A stretch of 64,000 nt of DNA from Octopus bimaculoides (Eukaryota). The translations under genes were made by a program, and so were the position numbers. The notes under the pieces are model-generated. The model did no database searches. It worked only from the letters and a program-made list of their open reading frames with translations, and was not told the origin of the DNA. Below, piece by piece: positions 11,817 through 24,044 of this stretch (within the stretch, counting starts at the first letter, position 1; the number at the start of each line of letters is the position of its first letter). The DNA is taken from assembly GCF_001194135.2 (NCBI RefSeq), contig NC_068984.1, positions 18,168,698-18,232,697 of the forward strand. The letters run 5' to 3'.

Positions 11817-14454
11817 TTATTACACCTTGAAGTTAAGGGGATTAGCCAGTTTTATCATAATACACTATTGGTGCAATGCATTTTATTACATTGTCTACTT
11901 AAGTTTCAATCCTTTATGGTATGGAATCAATGTTGGATTTAAACATGAAGATTTGTTTTGCTTTCGGTGTGCATTTTATTCGATGCCTGTTAAAACATTC
12001 CACCTTTGCTTTATGTTGGATTTATACTCAAGAACGTTTCTTTCTTTCTTTATTGTTTAGTTTAGCATGAGAAAGTATTGGCAGAGGCCGATTTAAGTGT
12101 TAGATGAAAGAAATCTCTTTCAGATATCCTTTTGTATCTTCAATCACTTGGTTTATATACATATATTTATTCCACTACACCATGGAAGAGTCCTGATAGC
12201 CATTTAAAACATGCATATGCCATTATTCTTCTTCAAACAGCCACAACTTAGATACATTTCACCATGCCTCACCAGGTGCCTCTGTTCCTCCATTAACTTT
12301 GATAGGTCCTCAATTTCTTGTTGTGTCTCTGCCATTAACATAATGTGGTTGAGTGGTCTTCATCCTCTATTAGGGTGTAGAAATTTCTGAAAGAAAGTGA
12401 ATTCTATCATTATATTCACTTTCATTTTACTTCATGATAGTATTCTTTTATTCCTTATTCCTTACACTGGTCTCAGTTATTCAACTTTGGCCATACTGAG
12501 GCACCATCTTCATAAAAGTTTTAGCTAATTGTATGACATCCCAGCCCAGTCCAGTCTAGTCCAGTACTTATTTTATTGAATCCTATTTAACAGATTACAA
12601 GGTACATGGCTGGCAGAGTTAGAACCCTGTGTGCTATAGTTGGTTTGGCTAGTATAAAAACAGGTTCTATGCTATGTTTCACAGATGAATCTGGATTGTT
12701 TTTGTTTATCAAAAAAGAAAGGCAAAACCTAAGACAAATGAGTAAAGAGAACTGAAAGCATCTGAAAGGATTCTGCACATTTTCCTTGTACTCAGTAAGT
12801 AATACTCCCAATACTATATTAGAAGAAATTTGCCCAAAGTATCATGCAGTGGGATTGAACCTGGAACTATGTGTTTGTAAGGTGTACTTCTCAACCACAC
12901 AGCCATACTTTTGACTTTGTTGGTTAGTCATATCTAATTATAAAAACAATTACTCTCAACAAAAGCTGTTGTAAACATTGGAATTTTTAAAAAAATTATA
13001 TTATCTGTCTGTGTGTCTTTACATCCTGAAATTATGTTCTAGTTTAGATAAATATTTGAACTAGTTCATTAGAAAATTTTATGGTATTTAGTTTAATTTT
13101 GGTTATATTAATACATTGTTTAATTAACTCACCTCAGGAACAGTGATTTGGAGGAAACAATAGAGCCAGCCCCTAATACCTTACAGTTTAATCTGGTTCG
13201 TCTATGATGATGTGAATTGAATTTCCACGTGGGTCAGATTTACTTTTTTACCCTGTTGGTTGAGGGTTAAACTAATTTATGAGGCATGACAATACATCTT
13301 CCTCCCGCCAAAATTTGTGGCTCTGTGCCAGTATAAGAATTAGTTAGCAACATAATGCAAAACAACTAAAATATTATGGATGTTTGTTATGTAAACAAAC
13401 CAGGAGATGAGATGTAGGAAGCGATAGAGCTAATTTTAGATACTGCTTTGAATGAAACATTATTCTGCTAAAACAATTGTTATATGATTATGCTTTGTCT
13501 CTTTAGCAGTATTTATGGCTCCTGTAATGGAAAATGCCATCTATGTCTAACAAAAGGCCGTATTTAACTATCTTGCAGCCAAGAAGTTTTTGTTATGGTT
13601 GAGTTTCAGGTCAAGGTCAGTGTTGGCTGAATAGACCTATAACCAAAGATGTTCCATCCGTGGCCATCCTGTCCTCGTTTAGGGCATTATGTATCCAGGG
13701 CTTCATTAACCATTGCATGTGTCTCTTTTCCTGATGAGAGAATAAGGTTTTATGAAGTCTGGCTGCTATTTCTTGCAGGTCAAACAACTACATAGAGATT
13801 CTCTTGTTGGTTCATACTAGGACATAAACTCCATAACTGGATTTTCTTTTGAGGAGTTGATAATTCTTGGAAAATAATTCAATTTAGCTGTGGGGAAGAA
13901 AGGAAAACTATACTCGAGAATATCAGAAATACTCTTAATATCTGAAAGGCTTATTTCTTATAAATTTTCGTGTTATGTGTGCATACATGCACACACACAC
14001 ACGCGCGCACACACACATTTGATTTTCAATCAATTATATAAGAAATATCTGATTGTATTATGCAATATTCCAAGATATCTCCATGAAAGCAAACAATGCT
14101 GCTATCACTCAACTAATATGGATTTTTAAAACTAGAATATCCGTAGATAAATTCATTCAATTATACTCGAGTAATTAGACAAGTAACAAGGAACCCTACA
14201 AGCCATTCTATCACTTATCCATCGACCATTGCTTCGTTAACAAAGGCTTTCTCTTTCTTAAACACAGTCAACAGTATTGATTCATCGTCAGTTTTCCTGA
14301 TATATTGTGAAATTACTTATAACTTTCTCTGTACAAAGCAGGATAATTTCCTGAGTTATATTAATTATTATTAGCTTTATCTTTGTTCAGTTTCAGCCAT
14401 TAGTGAATGGCCTGAATACGAGCATTATTGTCATCAATATTATATAATCCCTTT

Positions 14455-14880
14455 AAGGCAGTGTGCCTGACAAAAGGCTTAATGGCATGTCATCCATCCT
14501 GAGTTCAAATTCTGCGGAGGTCGGCTTTACCTTTCACCCTTTCCAAGTCAGTGAGATAATAAGTACCGGTTGAACACTGGGATCAGTGCAATCTATTTAC
14601 TCCTTCCCCAATATTGCTGGCCTTGTGCCAAAATTTGAAACCAATATTTCATAATCCCTTTAAGGTGTCACGCTGGCAGAATTATTAGCACACCAGGCAA
14701 AATGCTTAACAGCATTTCATTCATCTATATGGTCTGAGTTAAAATTCTCTCAAGGTCAACTTTGCCTTTGACCCTTTCAGGGTTAATAAAATAAGGACCA
14801 GTTGAGTACTGAGGTTGATGTAATCGACTAACGTCCCACTCCCTAAACTTTCTGGCCTTTTGCCAAAATTTACTCTCAAT
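14455..14880 (+). mobile_element. Two tandem SINE family B copies
   Basis: Repeated ...cataatccctttaagg...gagtt(c/a)aaattct...aggtc...tttgccttt...ttgtgccaaaattt units. Confidence 0.65.
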
Positions 14881-16597
14881 ATTTTATACTCCCTCTCTCT
14901 AGCCTGGCATAGGCTGGATAGGTTTTTTGTACGACATATCACCCAATCTGTTTCTGGGTTACAATCAGGCATTTCATTTTGACTTCGATTTGGATACTCA
15001 AATGTATTTGATTCTTTAAAATTGGAAAATGGTCCTCTTTTTTGCCACTTTTAATCAAGAGGGAAATGCAGTACCTACAAGCCGTTTCTAAGCTTCTGAG
15101 GCACGTGGGAGGGAAAGAGGATGTTTTCTTCAAATCAGAGACCTGATGTAATTGCTTATAGCATAATGGAATCTATTAAACATAACAACACACCTGATGG
15201 TGAGAGATCAAGTATACCACCCCTGTTGGCCATGGTGGAATTTGAACTCAGAATGCAAGGAACCAGAACAAATGCCACAAAACATCTGGTCTGGTGTTCC
15301 TAGTTTCTCCCAATCTCTCCCCCTAGTTTAGTACATTTTTTTATATTGTCTCTGAAAGGACGAAAGGTGAAGTGGCCCTCAACAGGATTTGAACCTAGCA
15401 TACACAGTTTTGGAACAAATACTGCTAGACATTCTATCTGATGCTTTTATGCCAAATCATCACCTATAATTATATTTATATTAATGAGCTTTGTGCTCTA
15501 GTTAATTTTATAATTTTACCTTGAAAAATATGTTTGTTTTGTTAAATAAGTTTAATTTATTTCACACAGACCCACCTCCTAAATTTCATGAGATGTTACC
15601 ACCGTAACCTTTTTTTTTTTTACCTGATATATGAATCTGTAAATAAATGCTGTTTAATACACTTCTTGTTTGCAAGGCCATCTAATCCTTCTGCTTGTTC
15701 AGCTGTAGTATTGCTACTTAACTAATTGCAATGTAAAGCTTTATTGCTCTTGACAAACCTTCAGTTAAGATATTGTTATAAAAACGTCTCCAGTTAACCT
15801 TGATCAAGCAGATCTCTAATCAAAGGCATTCCAGCCATGACCATCCCATCTTTATCATATATAGGAATACATTATCCAATACATTCTTCTTTTTTGTAAG
15901 ACATGAGTGTGTTGTTTGTTTTATAGTTAGATTAATCTGAATTAATCCTCCAAAATCTTACGAATTTTCTGATCTACCTGAAACAAGCAATTAAAGATCT
16001 TATAACTCTGTCATTTTCTTTTTTTATTTTATTTTCTCTCCCCACTCCCACCTTCTAAACAACTCATCTCTTCAATATAAAACACTAGACAAGTAATAAA
16101 AAGAATTAGTATTAGACAGATGATGATGTTTAGAAATTATTGAAGTCTGTCTGTAACCAGTATGATTTGATTTGGCATCTCATATTTATCTGTGAACTAC
16201 AGATTGGTTTTTTTCTTTTTTTCTTTGTTTTTTTCTTATTTTTTTTATCATTAATAACATTATTTAGGAATTTGGTTTCAAGTAGCGTGGCAGACCGTTT
16301 AAAAACAAAATATTTTTATATTACCTGACAAACAGTATTGATGATAAAATATTTATAATGTACAACTACCAATCAACCTAAGTGCTGCTAAGTTGCATAA
16401 GGGTATGAATCTAAAACAAATTATGTTGTTTTTTTAGAATTGCATTTGAAGTTGGTGAATGAGAAAAAGTTTTTCTCTTCCCTTTTGAAATGTCTCAGGC
16501 AGGTTTGTATCAAAAGGGTTAAAGGGTTAATGATGAAAGCAGACTATTACTTCCAGTTTTCTATTATATATATATATATATATAGATATATATTATA

Positions 16598-16925
16598 TGA
16601 AGGCGGTTAAAGCATCGAACTTACGACCGCGAGGTTGTGAGTTCGAATCCCGGACCAGCCTGTGTGTTGTGTTCTTGAGCAAGACACTTTATTTCACGTT
16701 GATCCAGTTTACTCATCTGTAGAAATGAGTTGCGACGTCACTGGTGCCAAGGCATATCGGCCTTTGCCTTTCCCTTGGATAACATCTGTAGCATAGAGAC
16801 GGGAGGCTGGTATACATAGGCGAATGCTGGTCTTCCATAAAACAACCTTGCCCGGAAAAGTGTTCCTGGGAGGATAACTTTCTAGGTGCAATCCCATGGT
16901 CATTCATGACCGAAGGGGGTCTCCG
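16598..16925 (+). mobile_element. tRNA-derived CORE-like SINE inserted in a (TA)n tract
   Basis: A-box-like ggcggttaaagc and B box gagttcgaatcc. ttcttgagcaagacacttt...cagtttactcatctgtagaaatg resembles the CORE domain. CpG-rich, with (TA)n on both sides. Confidence 0.8.
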
Positions 16926-16944
16926 TATATATATATATATATAT

Positions 16945-17300
16945 CATCATCATTTAATGTTCATTGTCCATGCTGGCATGGGTTGGATGAATTGACAAGA
17001 GCAGGCAAGCCAGAGGGTTGCACCAGGCTCCAGTTAGTTTAGCTTTGGTTTCTATAGCTGGATGACTTTCCTAAAACTCACTTCTTTATAGTGTATACTG
17101 GGTGCTTTTTACATTGTGCCAGCATGGGTGCTCTTTATGTGGCACCAGCATGGGTGCTCTTTTACATGGCACTAGGCCAGCACAGGTGCTTCTCACATGG
17201 TGCTAGGGTAACTACTTTCCATGTGATGCCAGCATGGGTGCCTTTTATGTGGCGCTGGCTCAGCTGATTTTTGGTTGGTGCCAGCACAGGTGCTTTTGAT
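16945..17300 (-). mobile_element. Repeat family C copy with internal array of ~24-nt ccagcatgggtgc... units
   Basis: Starts catcatcatttaatgttc...ccatgctggcatgggttgg and contains tandem degenerate units at 17115-17295. Confidence 0.7.
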
Positions 17301-17788
17301 ATGTATATGAAGTAAATACTTTTGAGATATTTAGATCAAGAGTAAATATTTTTCCTTGGTGTTGTTTATAAAGTGTTTCTTGTTTGGGAATGAAGCTTAT
17401 ATAATTGACTTCTTCAACTGTACAAACAACATTTATTGTTGGCTTCTTACAGAAACAACTTTTTTTATATTGCAGGAATCCTAATACAATGATGTTATTT
17501 CTTTAATATGAAAGCTTGCACCAATGCACAGTTGTGTCCACCTTGTTGGACAAATTTGCAATCACTTAGATAAACTGTAAGGGTTAAATCTATTACTGGC
17601 TTGGATATTTTTACTCTCGCTAACTACTCAATATTGTAAGAAAGAATAAGATCAGAAATAAACAAAAGATGGAAGATAATTCCTCTCTTTTATTTATGTG
17701 GATAAAGGAAATTGAAGACTATATCCAGTATATTATAACACTACTATAAGTCTGCAGTGAAGAAGAAAAATGCTCAAATATTTCCTGC

Positions 17789-17832
<44 letters not shown>

Positions 17833-19269
17833 TCATAGATGCACATACACACACACGCGCGCAGATAGAAAGATAGATATTATTAATGAACATCACAACT
17901 TCTGTAATGTGTCTGAATGATGAGAGCTTGGCAAATTGTGTTTAATCAACTGTGTTTTATGATTGCTGCCATCCAGCCATTCTCTTTGGCTATCATCTTC
18001 ACTCTTCACTACTGTTGCTATGCTGAATAATTTCATCACCACTCTATTTTCATCACACACACACACACACACACACGTACACGCGTATGTGTGTGTGTAT
18101 ATATATATAATATGTGTATGTATGTATAAAACAAAAACCAGCCTTTTCTGATTATCTTATTACCATGTTTTTGTCTTTTTTTTATGTATTTTTTCTTTCT
18201 TTCATATGCTTCTTTTTATGTATGAACAGTAGTGATTCTAACAACAGCAATAATAATAATGTTGATGATGATGACGATGATGATCATGATGATGATGATG
18301 CTGATGATGAAGATAATAACTATTATTGACCTGTTGTTTTTCTCTAGTATGTTTAATAAAAAAAAATATATCCCCAAATGAAAAAAAAAGAATAAACAAA
18401 AACTTTTATTAATGTTTATAGACATTATCTAATGATGTTACTTGAGAACTTAACATAAAATTTTATTCTTAGAAAGACAAATATGAGGTATTTTTTTTTT
18501 AAACATCTGTGTGTGAATTGATCAACCAAACAACTGATTTTGACTAAGCATTTTTTTTATTTAATTTTTTTTTTTTTGATAACTCATGATATAAAGATGT
18601 TATTGCATATAAGTGGAGTTTTATTAAAATAAATCTGAATCAAGAATGTGTGGACTTAAGAGAAGTTAAGTTGAATCAGTTTTAAGTATTAAGCATTTGT
18701 ATACAACTCAAGTATGTCTCTAACTATAGGAAATGTTATTGGGTTTTTTTTTTTTATATACTTTTTCTATGAGATAAGCTGAAATAGTTTTATGTAGTTA
18801 TAAGTTTTCATAATGGGTCCCATCTTTATAAAGCACGTTTATAAATACACGTATACACATTTATATAAAATGTTTTAAATTTTAGGCTATGCAAACACAA
18901 TAGAATTCAAAAAAGCTAATACACAAATATTTAAGTTATGTTTCTTATAAGTTAAACAATGTGAAACATTGATACCAAAAAATTAACTAGCAATATTGTT
19001 CAACATATATTGAACTGGTGTTCATTTTATGAAATGTTTTGTTGTTTTTAGCTGAGATACTACCAGCTATGTGAAAGGAACTGATAGATTCGTAGGCTTG
19101 TTGTAATAAAATGCAAAATTGATGATGATGATAATGACAGTTATGATTTATTTGCCAAAAGGCTGTCAGATAGGTGGATATCACAAAGGCAATAGGGATT
19201 TGCATGAAATCAAGGTAAAAATTACAGCTGAGGAGGAATGAGATGGGTGATGCAGTTCCTTGATATAAA

Positions 19270-20102
19270 GTTGCTTCCAGCTAGGGCCAGTCAAGGACCC
19301 CATAGATCCAAAATCACTCTGACACCCCTGAGGGACAATCTCTTGTCTGTTGTTCCCTAATCTGCAGACACACGCTTAAAGTAGTTCCATTCACCCTAAT
19401 CATTTCTGTCACAATCACTCACTTTTTGACAAGGAGAGCATCTCCCTTCCCACCCTTATTTCTCTTTCCAGGTCTAACTTAAAGAAGCTGATGAGGGCTT
19501 GACTGAAGAGGAAGGAGTCGGACTTCAATCCTTTCACCCTTATCCACCACCAGGTCTCTTTCTCTGTAGCCACCAGACATATAACAACTACCTGCCCAAC
19601 CGTGTTAAAGGAAGGCAGTAAGATGACCTTCGCAACGGACTGAGCCAATAACTGCATCTGTCTTACACAGGGCAACATCTGCTCAGAAATACTCAGTAAT
19701 GCAGGGACAATATACAGGTGTGTGCAGTGTGGTTTCATCATTCTCTGTGCATCTGTAACAGCCCTCCTTGTGGCACCTCCATGCCTGTTGACTATTTTGA
19801 ATTGGTATTGCCCTTCAGTAGTACTGCCAGGTTTAGGATCTTTGGAAGGTATTCATATTAGACCCCAGTGCAAAAGTCCTCCGAAGGAGTTCAGACAGTT
19901 CATCATCATTGATGATCAGAGTTTCCCTGAGGATGTCACCACTCTCACCCCGCCACTAAATCTCTGTGTATTGCTAAAATGGAACTTCCACTAACTACGT
20001 TCCATGACTGGTAGAGGGCAGTGAGTGCTTGATGATATTCCAGATGGCAGGCGCCCAATTTTGGTCTTCCTTTGATCCAGGACTGCAGCTCCTCCAATTT
20101 CA

Positions 20103-20105
<3 letters not shown>
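19270..20105 (-). mobile_element. L1/Tx1-like LINE ORF2 C-terminal remnant with CCHC zinc knuckle
   Basis: Minus strand CYRCTENDETTLHTPVYC (C-x2-C-x8-H-x4-C, ~19707-19760). ORFs 19415-19741 and part of 19945-20193 continue it with frameshifts. Confidence 0.65.
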
Positions 20106-20174
<69 letters not shown>

Positions 20175-20374
20175 GAGAGATAGATATAAACACATTCTTG
20201 GCAGCTGGCTCAATTAATAAATTACTGACACGTTTGGTTTCAATATTATATATAGTACTTCAGAATATATCTATAGATTTTTAGCCAAGCTGTATGTATA
20301 GACGGATGTAAACAATTCATCTGTATATGCAGTCTCTTTGTGGTCATAATCTCCTCCTCACACATTTTGCTTGT

Positions 20375-20830
20375 GTTATTATTATTTTGGTTTGGCTCAG
20401 GTTCAGTCTTATTCTTGATGGGAATTATGTGGATAGCGGGTTACTACCTGTAACCTTAGGAATCCACAAGTTTTCAACAGTTTTTCCAGTGCTCAGGACC
20501 CTCCTGATAATCCTTACTGTCCCTAAGTGACAAATTTTCTGTCGGAGCTCTACCGGCCATTTTATTTCAATCTCCCTCAGCCATTTGTCAACATCTTGGT
20601 ATTCTGTTCCGAATTTGACTTGCTTCCTTCCTTCAAAATTGCCGATCTTGTACCAAAATTAGAAAAACGAATTTTTATTGTTGTGTTTTGTCCAGTAACC
20701 CACGGTTAGGGTTATGCCCATGAATAATTTTTACTACTACATGTAACAGCTGGGTCTCTGTCCTGAACAAACAGTCATACCACTTTCTTCTCGACATTCA
20801 CCACAAACACATTATGGAAGTCATTAGGAT
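20375..20830 (-). mobile_element. R4/Dong-like (restriction-like endonuclease) LINE 3' remnant with (TAA)n tail
   Basis: Minus strand ...LRQKICHLGTVRIIRRVLS resembles the QKxxxLGTARIxRxVL terminus of RLE LINEs. Ends in taataa repeats. Confidence 0.55.
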
Positions 20831-21364
20831 GTTTACGTCCCTAGAGACTCCACCTGCCCAACTGCTAATCATCAAATCATCAAAGATCATGATGGTGACC
20901 ACAAAGCAGCAGCCAGTGTCATCATCACCAATGCCTTTACTCACAATTCTTCATCTGAAATGTTATAAGATTAGTTTATGAAAAAGGATCATTACACATT
21001 TACTAAGCTAGTCTCTTCCTCCTATCCTGTGGTATTAGAAACACCACTGTCAGCAATATGCTCTCCAGTGTATCTGAAAGGCTGGCAGTAAGGGCTGCTC
21101 CTAATTGTTTCTGGATTGCACAAGGAGGGTCTCTGTGGTTTTGGCAATGCATATGACAATTGCCTTCTTTTTCTTTCATGCCTGTATGATCATTTTGGGT
21201 TGAAAAACACCTCTTTTTTCTTTTTTTTGATCCTTCACATTATGTTGCCATGTAAGTTTCCCATCCATCTAAATCTTGCATGTCTTGAGCTTGCCTCTAG
21301 GAAGCAATGTGTGCTACAGAGAAAACTGGTGCTACATTCCAATTTCTACCATTATTTAACAAAG

Positions 21365-21401
<37 letters not shown>

Positions 21402-21639
21402 GCTCACAAAAAAGAACAAGTTGCTAGAATTATTCATATTGATGCCATTGTCAATAGAAAAAGTCATTCTTTTTCTTTTTATCTAAATGTGTTTGTGTTG
21501 CTGTGCAATATTCCTGGTCATTTTTATGTTTACAAATGCTGTTTTCATTTACAAATATCTTTTTCTTTAACGGCATATTATTACTATTTCTCATAGCTGG
21601 TTTGTGCATTATACATAGATGAGAACGTGTGCGTGTACT

Positions 21640-21691
<52 letters not shown>

Positions 21692-21917
21692 CACACACAC
21701 ACACATAAAATACACACACTCACACACATATATACATGTAATGTGTGTGTAAAAACAAGCCTTATTTTTTTTTTTGTCTGAACCTCATATGGACAGACTT
21801 CCAAATTCTCTAAAGGTTCGCTGTGTGAGAATATATTTGAAAAATTATTATTCCACTCAGGTAAAATCCAGCATTTCAAAGAGTAATTTCGGAAGCACAT
21901 CTGGACTTGTCAGCAAG

Positions 21918-21953
<36 letters not shown>

Positions 21954-22320
21954 TAGGTGATTGTAGTAGTAGTGGTGGTAGTAGTCATAGTAATAACAGA
22001 AGGAAGGAATATATAACCCACAGATATTAACAAATACTGCTGTGTTCTCTACTGCATCATCTTCATAATTTGTATATTCCTCATAATTTGTGTAGCTCAT
22101 CTAGAAAATCGTAATATTATTCTTTATTTATATATTTGTGAAATTTGTAAAAGATAACTCCTTTCATGTGCCAATTCAAAATAAACTAGAACCTTGTATG
22201 TGTATACATTAGCTACGATTACATCTTCTCAAAGTTTTAAACTATTCAGCTTTTGTGTTTATACATATATATGCATATATATATGTATATATATATATAG
22301 TATAGGACAATCAGTAAGTT

Positions 22321-22394
22321 GTCATAATAGAACTCAGAGTTTCAAATGCCTGAGCCAAGAGCTTCGAGGCATTTTCATCAGCTATTTAGATGAT
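22321..22394 (-). ncRNA. Type I hammerhead ribozyme motif (left arm)
   Basis: Minus strand: UCAU-cua-AAUAG CUGAUGA AAAUGCCU [cgaagcucuuggcuc] AGGCAUUU GAA ACUC u GAGU U^CUAUU-AUGA. Canonical core, 8-bp stem II, self-complementary stem III, bulged stem I, GUU cleavage triplet. Confidence 0.8.
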
Positions 22395-22812
22395 AGACGC
22401 TATGAAAAAACGTTGAATAAGAGGAAAGTTACTCTAATAGGCATGAAGCAAATATAAAAGATATAACTTATAAAAAATTTTAAAATTATAAAAAATACAC
22501 GCAACCATATTCTTACAATAGATAGAAACCTTCTGCAGTCATAAAATCTATATACGTACACACTCAGACAGACGTATGTATATATATATATGTATGTATA
22601 TATGCCCATACACACATATCTTACACACACACACACGCATATATATGTATATGCATATGTATGTATAAATATACACACACACATATATGTATATGCAACT
22701 TCATCCTGTTTACATTTGTGTATGTGTATAGTTATTTGTATTAACATCTAATATAAGTTTAGGCATATATCTATGTGAGGATGAAGTTGCATATACATAC
22801 ATACATATGTAT

Positions 22813-22853
<41 letters not shown>

Positions 22854-22887
22854 GACGTGTATATGAACATGTAAATGTGTGTATGGA

Positions 22888-22942
<55 letters not shown>

Positions 22943-23061
22943 GTCTGTGTGAGTGTACGTATGTTTATACCTATATATGCATATCCATGTATATATATAT
23001 ATATATATATATGTGCGCGTGTCTGTGGAGAGGAGTATATGAACATGTAAATGTATGTATG

Positions 23062-23096
<35 letters not shown>

Positions 23097-23277
23097 GTTT
23101 GTGTGAGTGTGTACATGTGTAGATTTTATGAACGCAGACGGTTTCTATCCATTGTAAGAATGTGGTTGCATGTATTTTTTATATTTTATATCTTTTATAT
23201 GTTTTTCATGCTTATTGGAGTAACTTCCCTTTTATTCAATGTTTTTTTTTGCTTTGTTTTTTTTTTCCATAGCGTCT

Positions 23278-23351
23278 GTCATCTAAATAGCTGATGAAAA
23301 TGCCTCGAAGCTCTTGGTCCTGGCATTTGAAACACTGAGTTCTATTATGGC
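23278..23351 (+). ncRNA. Type I hammerhead ribozyme motif (right arm)
   Basis: GUCAU-cua-AAUAG CUGAUGA(23291-23297) AAAUGCC...GGCAUUU GAAA(23329-23332) C acuga GU U^CUAUU-AUGGC. Predicted cut after 23341. Stem III is reduced to 2 bp. Confidence 0.72.
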
Positions 23352-23366
23352 ATCTTACTGATTGCC

Positions 23367-23405
<39 letters not shown>

Positions 23406-23552
23406 AAATATGTGTGTGTGTGTACATATGTTTTTATATGTATGTATAAATATGTGTGTGTGTGTACATATGTTTTTATATGTATATATAGATGTGTATG
23501 TACATATATATATGTTTATATAAATATATATATATATGTGTATATATATATG

Positions 23553-23584
<32 letters not shown>

Positions 23585-23658
23585 CAGAGAGAGAGAGAGA
23601 GAGAGAGAGAGGCATTTGTGTGGATTACCTTTTGCTTTCTCCTGTTTTGCATATTACA

Positions 23659-24040
23659 CCTTTTCTGCAGATCGAGCAGAGCCATCTACCTGAAGGGATT
23701 TATGATTTGTCTGCCTTAGTAAGTAGGAATGCAGACAAATCACAAATTCCTTCAGGAAGATGGCCCTGCTCGATCTGCAGAAAAGGCGGAGATAGAAACT
23801 CCATAAGATGTACCTGTTGTAAGCCATGGAACGTAAGAGGTGCAGCAACATCAAAGGAAGGTTAACTGGAAAGATAGTTTTTGTGTGTAACAGATGCACG
23901 GAGACAATAAACACTAAAGATATACAGAAAACAGATTCCATCATATGCCAGAGGAAAAGAACTAGAAGTAGTTGATAGCTTCCATTACCTAGGTGACCAT
24001 GTTAGTAAGCTGGGGTGGATGCTCTGAGAGTGTAGCCGTT
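23659..24040 (+). mobile_element. RTE-clade LINE fragment (post-RT PHD-like finger and FxYLG region) with a 5' fold-back duplication
   Basis: LVSRNADKSQIPSGRWPCSICRKGGDRNSIRCTCCKPW..KRCSNIKGRLTGKIVFVCNRC...ELEVVDSFHYLGD (frameshifted) overlaps the end of the RT at 1-333 (LISRKVDK). 56-bp inverted arms at 23659-23714 / 23731-23786. Confidence 0.85.
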
Positions 24041-24044
24041 GAGT

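Larger units (their letters stand above)
22301..23371. mobile_element. ~1.07-kb palindromic non-autonomous element with a hammerhead motif in each arm (Penelope-like or retrozyme-related)
   Basis: 22301-22404 and the reverse complement of 23268-23371 differ at 8 of 104 nt. Symmetry continues inward to a perfect 21-bp inverted repeat (22687-22707 / 22778-22798). TA-rich flanks on both sides. Confidence 0.85.

Noticed and set aside
16598-16660. tRNA-like sequences here and at 6361 and 31290
   Set aside because: No complete cloverleaf or acceptor stem. They continue into SINE bodies, so they are SINE heads rather than tRNA genes.
17115-17295. Array of ~24-nt repeats with variable intervening sequence, superficially CRISPR-like
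   Set aside because: Degenerate internal tandem units of repeat family C in eukaryotic DNA, with no constant repeat, uniform spacers or cas genes.
18114-18329. Asp/Asn-rich ORF
   Set aside because: (GAT)n/(AAT)n microsatellite, with no splice or homology support.
10040-19500. Other CTGATGA/CTGAAGA heptamers (e.g. ~10054, ~13732, ~19488)
   Set aside because: None is followed by a stem II plus GAAA and an NUH site with stem I pairing, so they are not hammerheads.
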